Positions 18,663-28,409 of a stretch of DNA of 64,000 bases are shown piece after piece. This DNA is from Bdellovibrionota bacterium (GTDB taxonomy: Bacteria; Bdellovibrionota_C; UBA2361; JBIKUX01). Under the pieces are notes generated by a model, which was not told the origin of the DNA, ran no database searches, and was given only the letters and a program-made list of their open reading frames with translations. Position 1 is the stretch's first letter. Every line of letters begins with the position of its first letter. A program made the translations under genes and the position numbers. The stretch lies in assembly GCA_044347345.1 (NCBI GenBank), contig JBIKUX010000014.1, positions 1-64,000 on the forward strand, in the 5' to 3' direction.

Positions 18663-19472
18663 GTGTTAGTGACAAAAAAAATAAAAAGTAAGTCAAACAA
18701 GGGCGATGGCACTCGAGCTCTTACTCTTAAAGAGGTTACCGTTAAATATCGCTCATATAAAGAGCGACCCACATCACTAAAAGAATCCATAATTCGTTTT
18801 GTTCGTCATGGAACATTTCGCCATTATTCAACTTTTGATGCTCTGTCTAAGATTAATTTAACAATTCCAAAAGGGCATATAATCGGTATCATTGGAAGCA
18901 ATGGCAGCGGTAAAAGCACCCTGCTTAAAGTACTTGCTGGAGTATTATTACCCACTGCCGGAGTGGTTGAGCGTAGCGGTAGCATAGCTTCACTCATTGA
19001 ACTTGGAGCTGGATTTGATCCTGAACTAAACGCTATTGAAAATTTATACCTGCACGGCTCTCTTTATCGAAAATCAAAAGCGGCAATTAAAGCAAGAATT
19101 TCTCATATATTAAACTTTGCTGAGCTCGAGGAATTTGCTTTTACACCAGTAAAATATTACTCGTCAGGAATGTTTGCCAGATTAGGATTTAGTGCTGCTA
19201 TAGATATCGACCCAGATATCCTTTTGGTAGATGAAATATTAGCAGTAGGGGATGAAAGGTTTAAGGATAAGTGTGATACCGTCTTTCGAACATTTATTGA
19301 GAGCGGAAAAACCATAGTTATGGTGAGTCATAACATGGATATGCTAGTACGTACTACCGATACGATAGTTGTGCTATCCAGAGGAGAAGTCATCTTTAGC
19401 GGTGATCCCAAGGAAGCAGTAAATATTTACCGAGACCCAAATTATCAGACAAGGCTAACAGCCGGAGAGTAA
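18663..19472 (+). CDS. wzt: Polysaccharide export ABC ATPase (Wzt/TagH) without C-terminal carbohydrate-binding module
   Basis: GSNGSGKST, LIELGAGFDPEL, PVKYYSSGMFARLGFS, LLVDEILAVGD. Confidence 0.93.
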   Translation: MLVTKKIKSKSNKGDGTRALTLKEVTVKYRSYKERPTSLKESIIRFVRHGTFRHYSTFDALSKINLTIPKGHIIGIIGSNGSGKSTLLKVLAGVLLPTAGVVERSGSIASLIELGAGFDPELNAIENLYLHGSLYRKSKAAIKARISHILNFAELEEFAFTPVKYYSSGMFARLGFSAAIDIDPDILLVDEILAVGDERFKDKCDTVFRTFIESGKTIVMVSHNMDMLVRTTDTIVVLSRGEVIFSGDPKEAVNIYRDPNYQTRLTAGE

Positions 19473-19659
19473 AGCCTTAGATACCCAGATCAAAATCAGA
19501 CAGACAGCAATTTCTTAATGATACGCTATGGGTAAAACATCAGAAATTCGCGCACCTTCGGGTTTCTAGCAAAAAAATAGCAACTTCTAACTTAATTAAA
19601 CGAACTATACTTAAATTAATTGATATGTATAACCTACGTCTATTAACGAGAGTAAAACT

Positions 19660-20100
19660 ATGCACCAGACACCTGTGATCCAAAAACCCTCAGACCCATT
19701 TGAGCAGATTTTATGGCATTTAGAACAGATTAATCAAAAACGCTCCTATCGTTGGCCACCCGAACAACTTGAACCACAAGTGAGAGAATTAGCAAGTTTA
19801 ATAGAGAGTCTTTATCACAATTGGCTTAAAATTAATAATCATAAAAATTCTACTCAAGAGCATTCTGAGTATTTATATTTTGTACTACCTTACGTAAGTT
19901 TTCGGTTACTAAACTATCCTTCCTCAAAAACAATAAATATCTTTGAAGCATCTTCCTCGCAAAAAAAGCAATTTCTCGCCTTAATGACAGACGAATTACA
20001 TGAACTTCCTGACTCAAACTTAGTAAGAGCTCTCCTCAAAGAATCTTTAAATACTTTACTCACCTTTCTTAAAAGTCTAAAACATCGCTGCGAACAATAG
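19660..20100 (+). CDS. Hypothetical helical protein
   Basis: 146-aa ORF with GAGAG upstream; convergent with the 819-aa gene; no recognised motif. Confidence 0.65.
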   Translation: MHQTPVIQKPSDPFEQILWHLEQINQKRSYRWPPEQLEPQVRELASLIESLYHNWLKINNHKNSTQEHSEYLYFVLPYVSFRLLNYPSSKTINIFEASSSQKKQFLALMTDELHELPDSNLVRALLKESLNTLLTFLKSLKHRCEQ

Positions 20101-20114
20101 GACTCTTCCTAAAT

Positions 20115-22574
20115 TCACGTGTTGTCCCTAAAAAGATCTTGAAAGGCGTAGGGTGGAGTCATAGTATAAAACCTATTATACCCTATCGAATTTAAAAATT
20201 GAGTGATTACACTCCAAACGGGATCCCGATTAAAATCTTGCTGGTCTGGAGAAATTAATACTACCTTTTTGCCCCTCCTTATTGCGCCAATTATTTCATG
20301 AACTGTTCCTATGCCTCCATAATGAAAAAAACAGGCTCCCAAACCTTCTAAAACTTCATGTAAGCGACGGTGAATAGTTTCTACCACTCTCAATTCCCCA
20401 TGACCTGATGGGACTTCTCCTGACTCTAGAATGAGAAGATTGGGCGTAGATACTCCCTTCGGACGAATAACTTGTAATTGACCTTCTTTATCTGCGCATA
20501 AGATAAAATTTTGACCAAAAAGACCCATCAAAGTCTGTGCTGGGAGATGATTTCCAGGCGGACTACCACCACCATCCCAAAATTCTGTAAATTTCTCAGG
20601 TTCAGGTATGAAAGGCACCTCTACAGTAAAGACTGGCAACTCTTCTAAAGTATCATCATTATTACCAATCTTCTCAATTAATTCGCGGCACTCTAGATCA
20701 CTTACCGTTTCCCCATTCATCTGCGCTGAAAAAGTAACTCCCGCAGCCCGATGAAGAGGTAAACCTTGCTGCATCATCTTTTGGATAAACTCTTTTGTGA
20801 AGGGAATTTGTTTCTTTTCATAACCTTCTGTAAGCCACTCTACCAAAGATTTCCAAAATTCTTCGTAATTTTCCAGAACTAATAGAGGCACCTCTGCTTT
20901 TGCAGCTCCAAAAAAGCCAAATCCTGATGGTATGGTACCTCTATTAACTCCTGAATCTATAAATTCAAGACGATCACATGATAAGTGGAACCCTTTATAT
21001 GGGAGAGGGCGCGATCCGAAATTTTTGAGTATACCATCAAAATCAAAATTTTCTGGGTTTACTATGAGTAAAGAATTTGTGTAAGGGGTTCTATGATTGT
21101 TGATAGTTGCCTGCAAAATTTCTTGTACTAAACTAACCCACCTATTATTTTGTTCATTTAGCATAATGAGGAGGTGCGCCTGATCACCCACTGCCGAATT
21201 TTGAATAACTTGTCCCAATACCAATTCAACAAATGCTAAGCCTTCTTCAATTTCGGTATTATTTGGCGGAATGAATAAAAAAACTGCACTGTTTATTAGC
21301 GGATCATTAAGAACTTTTTTGTTATGAAGTTCTAATGCTTCACTTGGTTTAAATTCGCTTAGTTCTGGTCTTAACTGACTAAAATTTTTTATTTCTGCCA
21401 GGATACCACAATTTCCGAGAATTTTTGTGCCTATAATCGCTACTCGAATCTGCTCTAAATAAGGTGGAAAGTATTGACCTGTAAACGTAGACACATCGTG
21501 AGTATAAATTAGCGAATAATTCAAAAGATTTTGGAAAGCTCTCTGAACCGCATATCCTCCATTTTCAACCGACTCGGGTAAAGGATTACCGTCTCTATCT
21601 ACAAACAAATTAGATAACTGCGCTAAGCCTAAAGCATTTGTTCCTGGGTTATCAGCAGGAGTTAGATAAGCTAAAGAAGTACCAGAATTATTGGGTAATT
21701 CTTCAAAAGAGCCATTAGGATAAAGCTTTACTCCAGAAATAAGTGAGTCAAACTTAAATACTAACCTACCTGTGGGTTCTCTTTCTTGTATTTGGAGCTT
21801 CTTTTGAAGCTCAGATAACAGATTAAACAATTCCTGCAATCCAAGATGACTAAAATATTTAGCAGCATGCTCACCAAATAATTTATGACAAACCTCATTT
21901 AGATCAATTTGTTCACCATTTTCTGCCTCTATACCATCAAGAGCATAATGATGCCAAGCTACGCGCTTAATTACCTCTATTAATTTATTTACTGAACTAT
22001 TTTGAAAACCTTTTAAATGAGAAGCTGTTAACTCAACAAACTCAACCCCTTCTTTTTCTTTTTCTTTTTCTAAAAGAAGATAAGTAGAGGTATCTTCTGC
22101 AACTATAACTATAGGTGTCCTAAGTAAATTAATAGCACATTTTCTTGCTTCCAACCTGCTCTTCTCATCAGGCATATAAGCTTCAATAAGTGGAGGAAGA
22201 AGTTGAGTTACCGGCAGAAGATTATTTTTATCTTCATCACTTGGTTGTGAAAACAACCTATTTTCTTGAAAAAATTCGGTAGCTTGTTCTACTGAAATAT
22301 ACCCTTTATCAGTAAGATTTTGTAATACTAATAATAAATGAGCATTAGGAGTGTTAGCAACTTGCTTGCAGCGTTCTAATTTTTGGTTAAGGTTACCTTG
22401 ATGGGTTTGATTCTCAATTGGTTGAGGAGAAATAAGCCAAGGGTGAATGTTTGTCAGTTCACAGAGAATATTCAAACAATACTGTTTAAAATGGTTAGAA
22501 GTTAAAAACAAAACTGGTACGTCATAAGGCTCATTTATTGGATTTTTTTCAACACTAGAGGTACAACTCAACAT
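20115..22574 (-). CDS. Multidomain protein: Ham1/ITPase-like N-terminal fold + degenerate SLOG-like middle + LOG-family C-terminal domain
   Basis: FLTSNHFK, E..T...N...K and VAEDTS (Ham1-like); FWDGGGS..LMG, ELRVVETIHRR and GGIGTVHEI (LOG-like). Confidence 0.7.
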   Translation of the reverse strand: MLSCTSSVEKNPINEPYDVPVLFLTSNHFKQYCLNILCELTNIHPWLISPQPIENQTHQGNLNQKLERCKQVANTPNAHLLLVLQNLTDKGYISVEQATEFFQENRLFSQPSDEDKNNLLPVTQLLPPLIEAYMPDEKSRLEARKCAINLLRTPIVIVAEDTSTYLLLEKEKEKEGVEFVELTASHLKGFQNSSVNKLIEVIKRVAWHHYALDGIEAENGEQIDLNEVCHKLFGEHAAKYFSHLGLQELFNLLSELQKKLQIQEREPTGRLVFKFDSLISGVKLYPNGSFEELPNNSGTSLAYLTPADNPGTNALGLAQLSNLFVDRDGNPLPESVENGGYAVQRAFQNLLNYSLIYTHDVSTFTGQYFPPYLEQIRVAIIGTKILGNCGILAEIKNFSQLRPELSEFKPSEALELHNKKVLNDPLINSAVFLFIPPNNTEIEEGLAFVELVLGQVIQNSAVGDQAHLLIMLNEQNNRWVSLVQEILQATINNHRTPYTNSLLIVNPENFDFDGILKNFGSRPLPYKGFHLSCDRLEFIDSGVNRGTIPSGFGFFGAAKAEVPLLVLENYEEFWKSLVEWLTEGYEKKQIPFTKEFIQKMMQQGLPLHRAAGVTFSAQMNGETVSDLECRELIEKIGNNDDTLEELPVFTVEVPFIPEPEKFTEFWDGGGSPPGNHLPAQTLMGLFGQNFILCADKEGQLQVIRPKGVSTPNLLILESGEVPSGHGELRVVETIHRRLHEVLEGLGACFFHYGGIGTVHEIIGAIRRGKKVVLISPDQQDFNRDPVWSVITQFLNSIGYNRFYTMTPPYAFQDLFRDNT

Positions 22575-22695
22575 ACATTTACTACAGAAGTCGCGTTAAT
22601 TTTTGATAAATGGTGTCGCTAAAAAAAATACAACTACTTTATCAAAGATAAATAAAATAAAACTAATAATTATTAGTAGCAGAGCATACAGCTTT

Positions 22696-23247
22696 TTATT
22701 TAATAAATAAAACTTCATTCGGAAGTTCATTTGAGTGCCCAGTTCCAGCCTGCCCAGTTCCAGCCTGCACAGTTCCAGACTTAAGTTCAATATTTTTAGT
22801 AGGAACTACTTTACTAAGCTCAGAGATAGCACAAAGAATAGCAGAGACTCCGTCACCATTGGCTAGATTACTAGTTATACTAAAAACAATTTTACTCCCG
22901 ACATCAGGGGTAACACATGTTAACAAACCTCGGTCACACAGCAGTTCAACAGCCTTATCAGCAACAAGAATATATAAGAGCACACCATTATTAGTGGCAG
23001 TGTCCCAAATATCAAAAAACCTAAATAAGTGCCTTGCTCGACTTATAATAGGGTCATTTACACATAACTCACTAACTGTAAGGCGAGACTCAATAATTAT
23101 TCTAAGCTCCGCACTATGCTTTTGTTCAAATAATTTTATTGCATCAGTTAATTCTGATAAACGCTCAGATGGAAAAAGTCTCCTAACTTTTGATTCAGTG
23201 GTACCAAAATGTTTCAATACACTGGCAAAAAAATTTAATCTTACCAT
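22696..23247 (-). CDS. TPM-domain protein
   Basis: AIKLFEQKHSAELRIIIE, RARHLF, IWDTATNNGVLLYILVADKAVELLCDRG, NELPNE. Confidence 0.9.
   Translation of the reverse strand: MVRLNFFASVLKHFGTTESKVRRLFPSERLSELTDAIKLFEQKHSAELRIIIESRLTVSELCVNDPIISRARHLFRFFDIWDTATNNGVLLYILVADKAVELLCDRGLLTCVTPDVGSKIVFSITSNLANGDGVSAILCAISELSKVVPTKNIELKSGTVQAGTGQAGTGHSNELPNEVLFIK
22736..22780. repeat. 15-bp tandem repeat x3 (SGTVQ-AGTGQ-AGTGH)
   Basis: TGCCCAGTTCCAGCC x2 plus TGCACAGTTCCAGAC. Confidence 0.92.
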
Positions 23248-24107
23248 TTACCTGAGGCTCCCCCACCGGAAAAAGAACCTCCACCTCCGCTAAAACCACC
23301 AAATTTATCACCAAAGCCAATGCCACTGTGATCTATTGAAAATCCACCATGACGGCTCCGTCTAAAAGAACCACCGCCAGCAGATGAATTAAAAATTGAA
23401 AAAAACAAAATAGCTAAAAATATAACTAAACCAGTGACAAAAGATATAGTCAACAAGCCCAGTACTCCAAACAAAGTAGCACTAGCTAATGAAGCAAATC
23501 CTTGTCCAATTAACCCTGCAAGAATTTGAAAAAGGATTACCCCCATCAATACAAAAAACACGACAATCTGCCCATTTGTCCCAAAATTTCCCGTCTTATT
23601 ATCTGGCAACGGGAGTTCTTCACCTCTAACTAACTTTTCAATCGCTAAGACTCCGCTCATTACTGCTCCTCCGTAATCTCCTTTCTTAAGATACGGAATC
23701 ATAATGTCCTCAATAATACGTTTAGCATAAACGTCTGGAACAGCTCCTTCTAAACCTCGTCCCACTTCAATACGAACAGACCTATCATTAGGAACTAATA
23801 ATACAATAATTCCATCATCTATCTTACTACGACCAATCTTCCAAGAAGCAGCTACTCTATAAAGAAATGGTTCAATAGCCTCACCCTCAAGAGTGGGCAC
23901 AGTTAGCACAACAAGTTGAGTACCCTTCTCCTTTTCAAGCTGAGCTAATCGCCCGCTGAGAAAATCCTTTACCTCTGTTGAAAAAACAGTCGCTGTATCA
24001 ATCACTCTGCCAGTAAGCTCTGGCACCGGCACCTCTCCAAATACCAAGGAGCTCAGCAAAAGTGAGCAACTAAGAACACAACAGCGTATAAGCCAGTACA
24101 ATTTCAA
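23241..24107 (-). CDS. YgcG-like TPM-domain membrane protein
   Basis: Signal peptide, VPELTGRVID, WKIGRSKIDDG, RIEVGRGLEG, Gly-rich tail GGGGSFSGGGASGKW. Confidence 0.93.
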   Translation of the reverse strand: MKLYWLIRCCVLSCSLLLSSLVFGEVPVPELTGRVIDTATVFSTEVKDFLSGRLAQLEKEKGTQLVVLTVPTLEGEAIEPFLYRVAASWKIGRSKIDDGIIVLLVPNDRSVRIEVGRGLEGAVPDVYAKRIIEDIMIPYLKKGDYGGAVMSGVLAIEKLVRGEELPLPDNKTGNFGTNGQIVVFFVLMGVILFQILAGLIGQGFASLASATLFGVLGLLTISFVTGLVIFLAILFFSIFNSSAGGGSFRRSRHGGFSIDHSGIGFGDKFGGFSGGGGSFSGGGASGKW

Positions 24108-24119
24108 CCCCTACCTCCT

Positions 24120-24773
24120 CTATTTTGAAAAATCAACAGAGGGTGGTTTTGATACAGCAGCCTCATTCTCTACGGTAAACTGTGGCTTGGGCTGATTGCC
24201 AAAAATTTTTGCGGTGATTAGGGTAGGAAAAGACCTTATTGTTGAATTAAATTGATTTACAGAGCGAATATAATTTCCACGCGCTACAGTAATGCGATTC
24301 TCAGTTCCTTCTAGTTGAGCTTGTAGGTCTCGAAATCCCTGGTCAGCTTTAAGCTGTGGATAATTTTCAGCTATAACAAGCAATCGAGACAAAGCACCAG
24401 ATAAGTCAGCTTGAGCCGCTTGAAATTGAGCAAGTTTAGTCGGGTCATCCGGTACGTCGCTTTGAAGATTAAGGGAACCGACCTTAGCTCTAGCCTCGGT
24501 AACTTCCGTAAGAACTTTCTCTTCGTGAGCGGCGTATCCTTTCACGGTATTAACAAGGTTAGGAATTAAATCAGCTCTCCTTTGATACTGGTTTAACACC
24601 TCTGACCAAGATGATTTAGTCTCTTCATCTAACTGCTGTATTTTATTATAACCACAACTAGAAGACGTGCAGGCTACCACTAAACAAAGCGCCACTAATG
24701 TTATTTTAACCAATCCATCTGAGCCATAAATCGATGGTCGTAAACTGAAAAACCGAGAAGGAATAATTTTCAT
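24120..24773 (-). CDS. lemA: LemA family protein
   Basis: CGYN, QYQRRADLIPNLV, ENYPQLKA, LEGTENRITVAR. Confidence 0.96.
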   Translation of the reverse strand: MKIIPSRFFSLRPSIYGSDGLVKITLVALCLVVACTSSSCGYNKIQQLDEETKSSWSEVLNQYQRRADLIPNLVNTVKGYAAHEEKVLTEVTEARAKVGSLNLQSDVPDDPTKLAQFQAAQADLSGALSRLLVIAENYPQLKADQGFRDLQAQLEGTENRITVARGNYIRSVNQFNSTIRSFPTLITAKIFGNQPKPQFTVENEAAVSKPPSVDFSK

Positions 24774-24861
24774 AGTTAATATCCTTTTTGCAAAGATTGC
24801 CGGTAAGCTACCGCCGTTAGATGTATACGCGTGCTCCTAATAGGTGTATTGATAATTACAC

Positions 24862-25314
24862 ATGGAGAGAACTTCAAATAAAAAGTCACTTCTTGCCCTA
24901 GATGTTGGTACAAAAAGGGTAGGTGTTGCCATTTGCAACATAGATAAAACTCAAAGTGTAATCATACCTCTTCGCTCGTTTTCCCGAGCAAATCAAGAGG
25001 CTGAACGAGCAATTATTAATCTTATTTCAGATTATCAAATCTCTACCGTTATAATTGGCCTTCCCCTTAATGAAGATAATTCAGAAAATGATATGTGCTT
25101 ACAGATTCAAAAGTTTGCTCGTCGCTTGTCGCGTCGTGTAAATGTTAATATTGAATTTGTCGATGAGTACGGAACTACCTACGAAGCATCTGAGAGATTA
25201 AGTAAATTTGGTAAAATAACTGGTGACATAGACGCTCAATCAGCAGTTATTATTCTTGAAGAGTATCTACGCCTCAATAATAGTGATGAAAACAAAAGAG
25301 AAAATCCCCCCTAA
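24862..25314 (+). CDS. yqgF: YqgF/RuvX family nuclease
   Basis: LALDVGTKRVGVA, IIGLP, VDEYGTT, IDAQSAVIILE. Confidence 0.93.
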   Translation: MERTSNKKSLLALDVGTKRVGVAICNIDKTQSVIIPLRSFSRANQEAERAIINLISDYQISTVIIGLPLNEDNSENDMCLQIQKFARRLSRRVNVNIEFVDEYGTTYEASERLSKFGKITGDIDAQSAVIILEEYLRLNNSDENKRENPP

Positions 25315-26392
25315 TAAAACTAGTAGCAATAAAACTAAGGTCGAAAAAACTAAAAATATGACCTCACAATCCATAAAATGGATTATTCGTAGTGTGATAC
25401 TGCTTGGGATTTTTTGGGTAGGATGTAGTTACATCTTTTTTTTCGTTCAACACTCGTTTCTTTTACCTATAACCTCGGTAAATCAAGAAGAACTAAAATT
25501 CCTCATAGAGATACCTAAAAACTCAGACTTTAAAAAAGTAGCCAAAAACCTTGAACAAAAAGGCTTAATTCGTCATTGGTGGACTCTGTATCTACTCGCT
25601 CGACTCACCGGACAAGACCGAGATCTATCTGCTGGAGAATTTGAAATATCCTCTGCAATGAACGTTCCTGAGATATTGAATCGTCTCATAAATGGTCCAG
25701 CCTTTAGACGCCGAGTGCTTATTCGTGAAGGTACAAAAGTAGATGAACTACCGCCACTTTTTGAAATGGCTGGCATAATATCAGCGCTGGAACTTAGAAA
25801 AGCATTATCAGATAAAAAGCTGCAAGTAGATTTAGGAATCCCAGCTGAAGCGCCTAGCTTTGAAGGCTATCTTTTCCCAGATACTTATTTTTTCTCAAGA
25901 CCAATTGCAGGAAAAGAAATCTTAAGACGCTTGATTTTAGAAGGAAGAAAAAAATGGAGTCCTGAATGGGAATTAGCTAGACAAAACAAGCAATTTTCTC
26001 TTCACCAAATACTAACCTTAGCTTCTATTATTGAGAAAGAATCGGGTAATTTCAACGAACAGCCACTCATTGCATCTGTATTTTATAATCGCTTATCACG
26101 AGGAATGAGACTCCAAAGTGATCCTACTGTAATTTATGGAATCCCAAATTTTAATGGCAATCTAACTCGTTTTGATTTAACAAATCCCTCTCCCTACAAC
26201 ACTTACGTTATAAATGGCTTGCCACCTGGCCCGATAGCTAATCCAGGAACTTCAGCCATAAAAGCGGCTCTTTTTCCCCAAACAACTCTTTATCTATATT
26301 TTGTTGCAGATGGTACCGGCAAGCACATATTCTCAAAAACACTCGCCGAACATAATCAAGCAGTAAACTTTTATCAACGGAAAAACTCTTGA
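25286..26392 (+). CDS. mltG: Endolytic transglycosylase MltG
   Basis: EGYLFPDTY, LASIIEKE, VFYNRL..GMRLQSDPT, SPYNTY..GLPPGPIANPG; start uncertain (25286 or 25358). Confidence 0.95.
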   Translation: MKTKEKIPPNKTSSNKTKVEKTKNMTSQSIKWIIRSVILLGIFWVGCSYIFFFVQHSFLLPITSVNQEELKFLIEIPKNSDFKKVAKNLEQKGLIRHWWTLYLLARLTGQDRDLSAGEFEISSAMNVPEILNRLINGPAFRRRVLIREGTKVDELPPLFEMAGIISALELRKALSDKKLQVDLGIPAEAPSFEGYLFPDTYFFSRPIAGKEILRRLILEGRKKWSPEWELARQNKQFSLHQILTLASIIEKESGNFNEQPLIASVFYNRLSRGMRLQSDPTVIYGIPNFNGNLTRFDLTNPSPYNTYVINGLPPGPIANPGTSAIKAALFPQTTLYLYFVADGTGKHIFSKTLAEHNQAVNFYQRKNS

Positions 26393-28311
26393 ATAAAACG
26401 GATCCATCTAATCTTCTTCGCAAGGTTGCGCGGCGATTATTATTCCAAACCACGCGCGAAAAAATTATGATTGCTTTTGCCCTCTGTTTAGGGGGCGGAT
26501 TAAGCATTTTTTCCGTCTGCGCTCTATTTATAAACTTCAACACGCTGAGTAAATCATGGTGGTGGCCTTTTACTCTAGGTATGCTAGGAATTGGCGTAAC
26601 AATACTTATAATATGGCTCAAAAAAGGCTTTAAGCTAGATCTCTACAGCGCGGCAAATAAAATTGATAACACCTTCAATCTTAAAAACCGCCTAGGAAGC
26701 TTTGTTGCTCTTGAAATCGCTAAGTCATCACAAAATAATCATTCCTCCAACAAACATACTGCAATCATACAATCCGTCATCCTAAATCAGCTCAACAGTT
26801 CTTTACCCAAAGAAGCAATAATACTTAAAAAAGTATCGCCTCTTAACTTATCAAAAGCTGAGCGAAGATACTTAATTTTTATCGTATTTGTAAGTTGTAT
26901 TTTGTTAGCTTTAATGGCTTTTCAAGCAAATGTATCTATAGTTACTAATAATTTGCTTCCTAATTTAGAATTATCACTTCCTCACCCATTGTTACAAAAT
27001 GAGACTCGAACAGCCGAGGCTGTTCAGGAGATTAAAACCTTACTTGAGAATCACCCTGACCTACCTGAAGCTGTTAAAAATGCCTTTACTAATCTTAGTC
27101 AAGAACTAACAAAGCCAATCCCAGAAAATGAAAAAGTAATAACTACGTTACAAAACACTTTAAATGCTATAGATACAGCTAAGGCATCAGATCAACAGAA
27201 AAAGTCCGAACCCTCTCCTCGTCCTACATCTATTCCTAGATCTACTCCTATATCTACTCCTACATCTATTCCTATATCTACTCCTACTCTACCGTCTTCT
27301 CCTACTAAAGAAACCATTAGTACGCCGACCCCCAATTCAAATTCAAATTCATCACAGAAATCACAGGATCCTGATCAAAAAAACTCAGCTCAAAATTCAA
27401 GTAATAACCAAGAGGAAAAGAGCCAGCAAGGAGATGCAAATACCAAAGAAGCAGATCAACCAAATAATGCTGGCAAAGAGGCTGAAGACACTTCCAAAAA
27501 CTCGCAATCAGAAAAAGGAGGGGAGAATAAAAATAAAGGGGAGCAAGATAAAAAAAGTAATGGTAACGGTGAGAAGAAGGAAGAAACAGCCAATAAAGAT
27601 GGTGGTAAAGCCGATGACCAAAATCAAAAATCCGATTCAAAAAATAATTCAAATGCAAAAGCACTCGATAAAGCCTCTGAGCTTGCCCAAAAACTCTCAG
27701 GCTCTAAATCAGAAAGCACCCCTCAAGAAAATAATAGTTCAGGTCAAAAACTAAGCGAATCAAATACCCAATCACAAGAAAATAAGGCTGGCGAAAAAGA
27801 TTCAGACAATAAAGACAATAAAGAGCAAGAAAAGGGAAATAACAAAAACAACGGAGATAAACCAACTGACTCAAACTCAAACAACAAACAACCATCCCCC
27901 TCGTCAACTTCCTCATCAACTCAACAAGACGAAGAGTCACAAAATAGTAACGATAGCCCTAAACCTCCTAGCTCATCAGAGCCTCGAGATGCTCCCACAC
28001 TCGGAGGTGAGGCAAACTCTAAACTCACCGACTCAGAAAAAGAAGCAAAGAGATTTATAGAGGATGGAGAAACTCCTCTAAGCTCTGATGAATTTGAACG
28101 AAACAAGAGATTTAAAGAGTCAATTATACAAGAAAGTGAGGATCAAATTGATCCATCTAAAGCTACTGAGGCAAGCGGAGAGATTGAAGGACTGGGCAGT
28201 ACTCTTCCAAAAACCAGTATTGAGAAAATTCGCCGTGAGAAACCTGAGCTACTGAATAGAAGTAGCAATCAGGAAATTCCCCTTGAGTATAAAGATACTT
28301 TACAAGATTAA
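26389..28311 (+). CDS. Membrane protein with long low-complexity S/N/Q/K/E region, MoxR-cluster associated
   Basis: 3 TM segments, a helical region, a P/T linker, a long disordered tail and C-terminal EIPLEYK; first gene of the MoxR cluster. Confidence 0.75.
   Translation: MNKTDPSNLLRKVARRLLFQTTREKIMIAFALCLGGGLSIFSVCALFINFNTLSKSWWWPFTLGMLGIGVTILIIWLKKGFKLDLYSAANKIDNTFNLKNRLGSFVALEIAKSSQNNHSSNKHTAIIQSVILNQLNSSLPKEAIILKKVSPLNLSKAERRYLIFIVFVSCILLALMAFQANVSIVTNNLLPNLELSLPHPLLQNETRTAEAVQEIKTLLENHPDLPEAVKNAFTNLSQELTKPIPENEKVITTLQNTLNAIDTAKASDQQKKSEPSPRPTSIPRSTPISTPTSIPISTPTLPSSPTKETISTPTPNSNSNSSQKSQDPDQKNSAQNSSNNQEEKSQQGDANTKEADQPNNAGKEAEDTSKNSQSEKGGENKNKGEQDKKSNGNGEKKEETANKDGGKADDQNQKSDSKNNSNAKALDKASELAQKLSGSKSESTPQENNSSGQKLSESNTQSQENKAGEKDSDNKDNKEQEKGNNKNNGDKPTDSNSNNKQPSPSSTSSSTQQDEESQNSNDSPKPPSSSEPRDAPTLGGEANSKLTDSEKEAKRFIEDGETPLSSDEFERNKRFKESIIQESEDQIDPSKATEASGEIEGLGSTLPKTSIEKIRREKPELLNRSSNQEIPLEYKDTLQD
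27223..27288 (+). repeat. 12-bp degenerate tandem repeat (PTSI/PIST)
   Basis: CCTA(C/G/T)ATCTA(T/C)T x5.5. Confidence 0.85.
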
Positions 28312-28409
28312 ACTTTAACCGATGTTTTACGACTTCTCAGACTGCGCAAAAGGTGTAAGGATCTAATGTTAAGATTTAAAATGAAAAATTAAATTTATGC
28401 TAAATTCAG

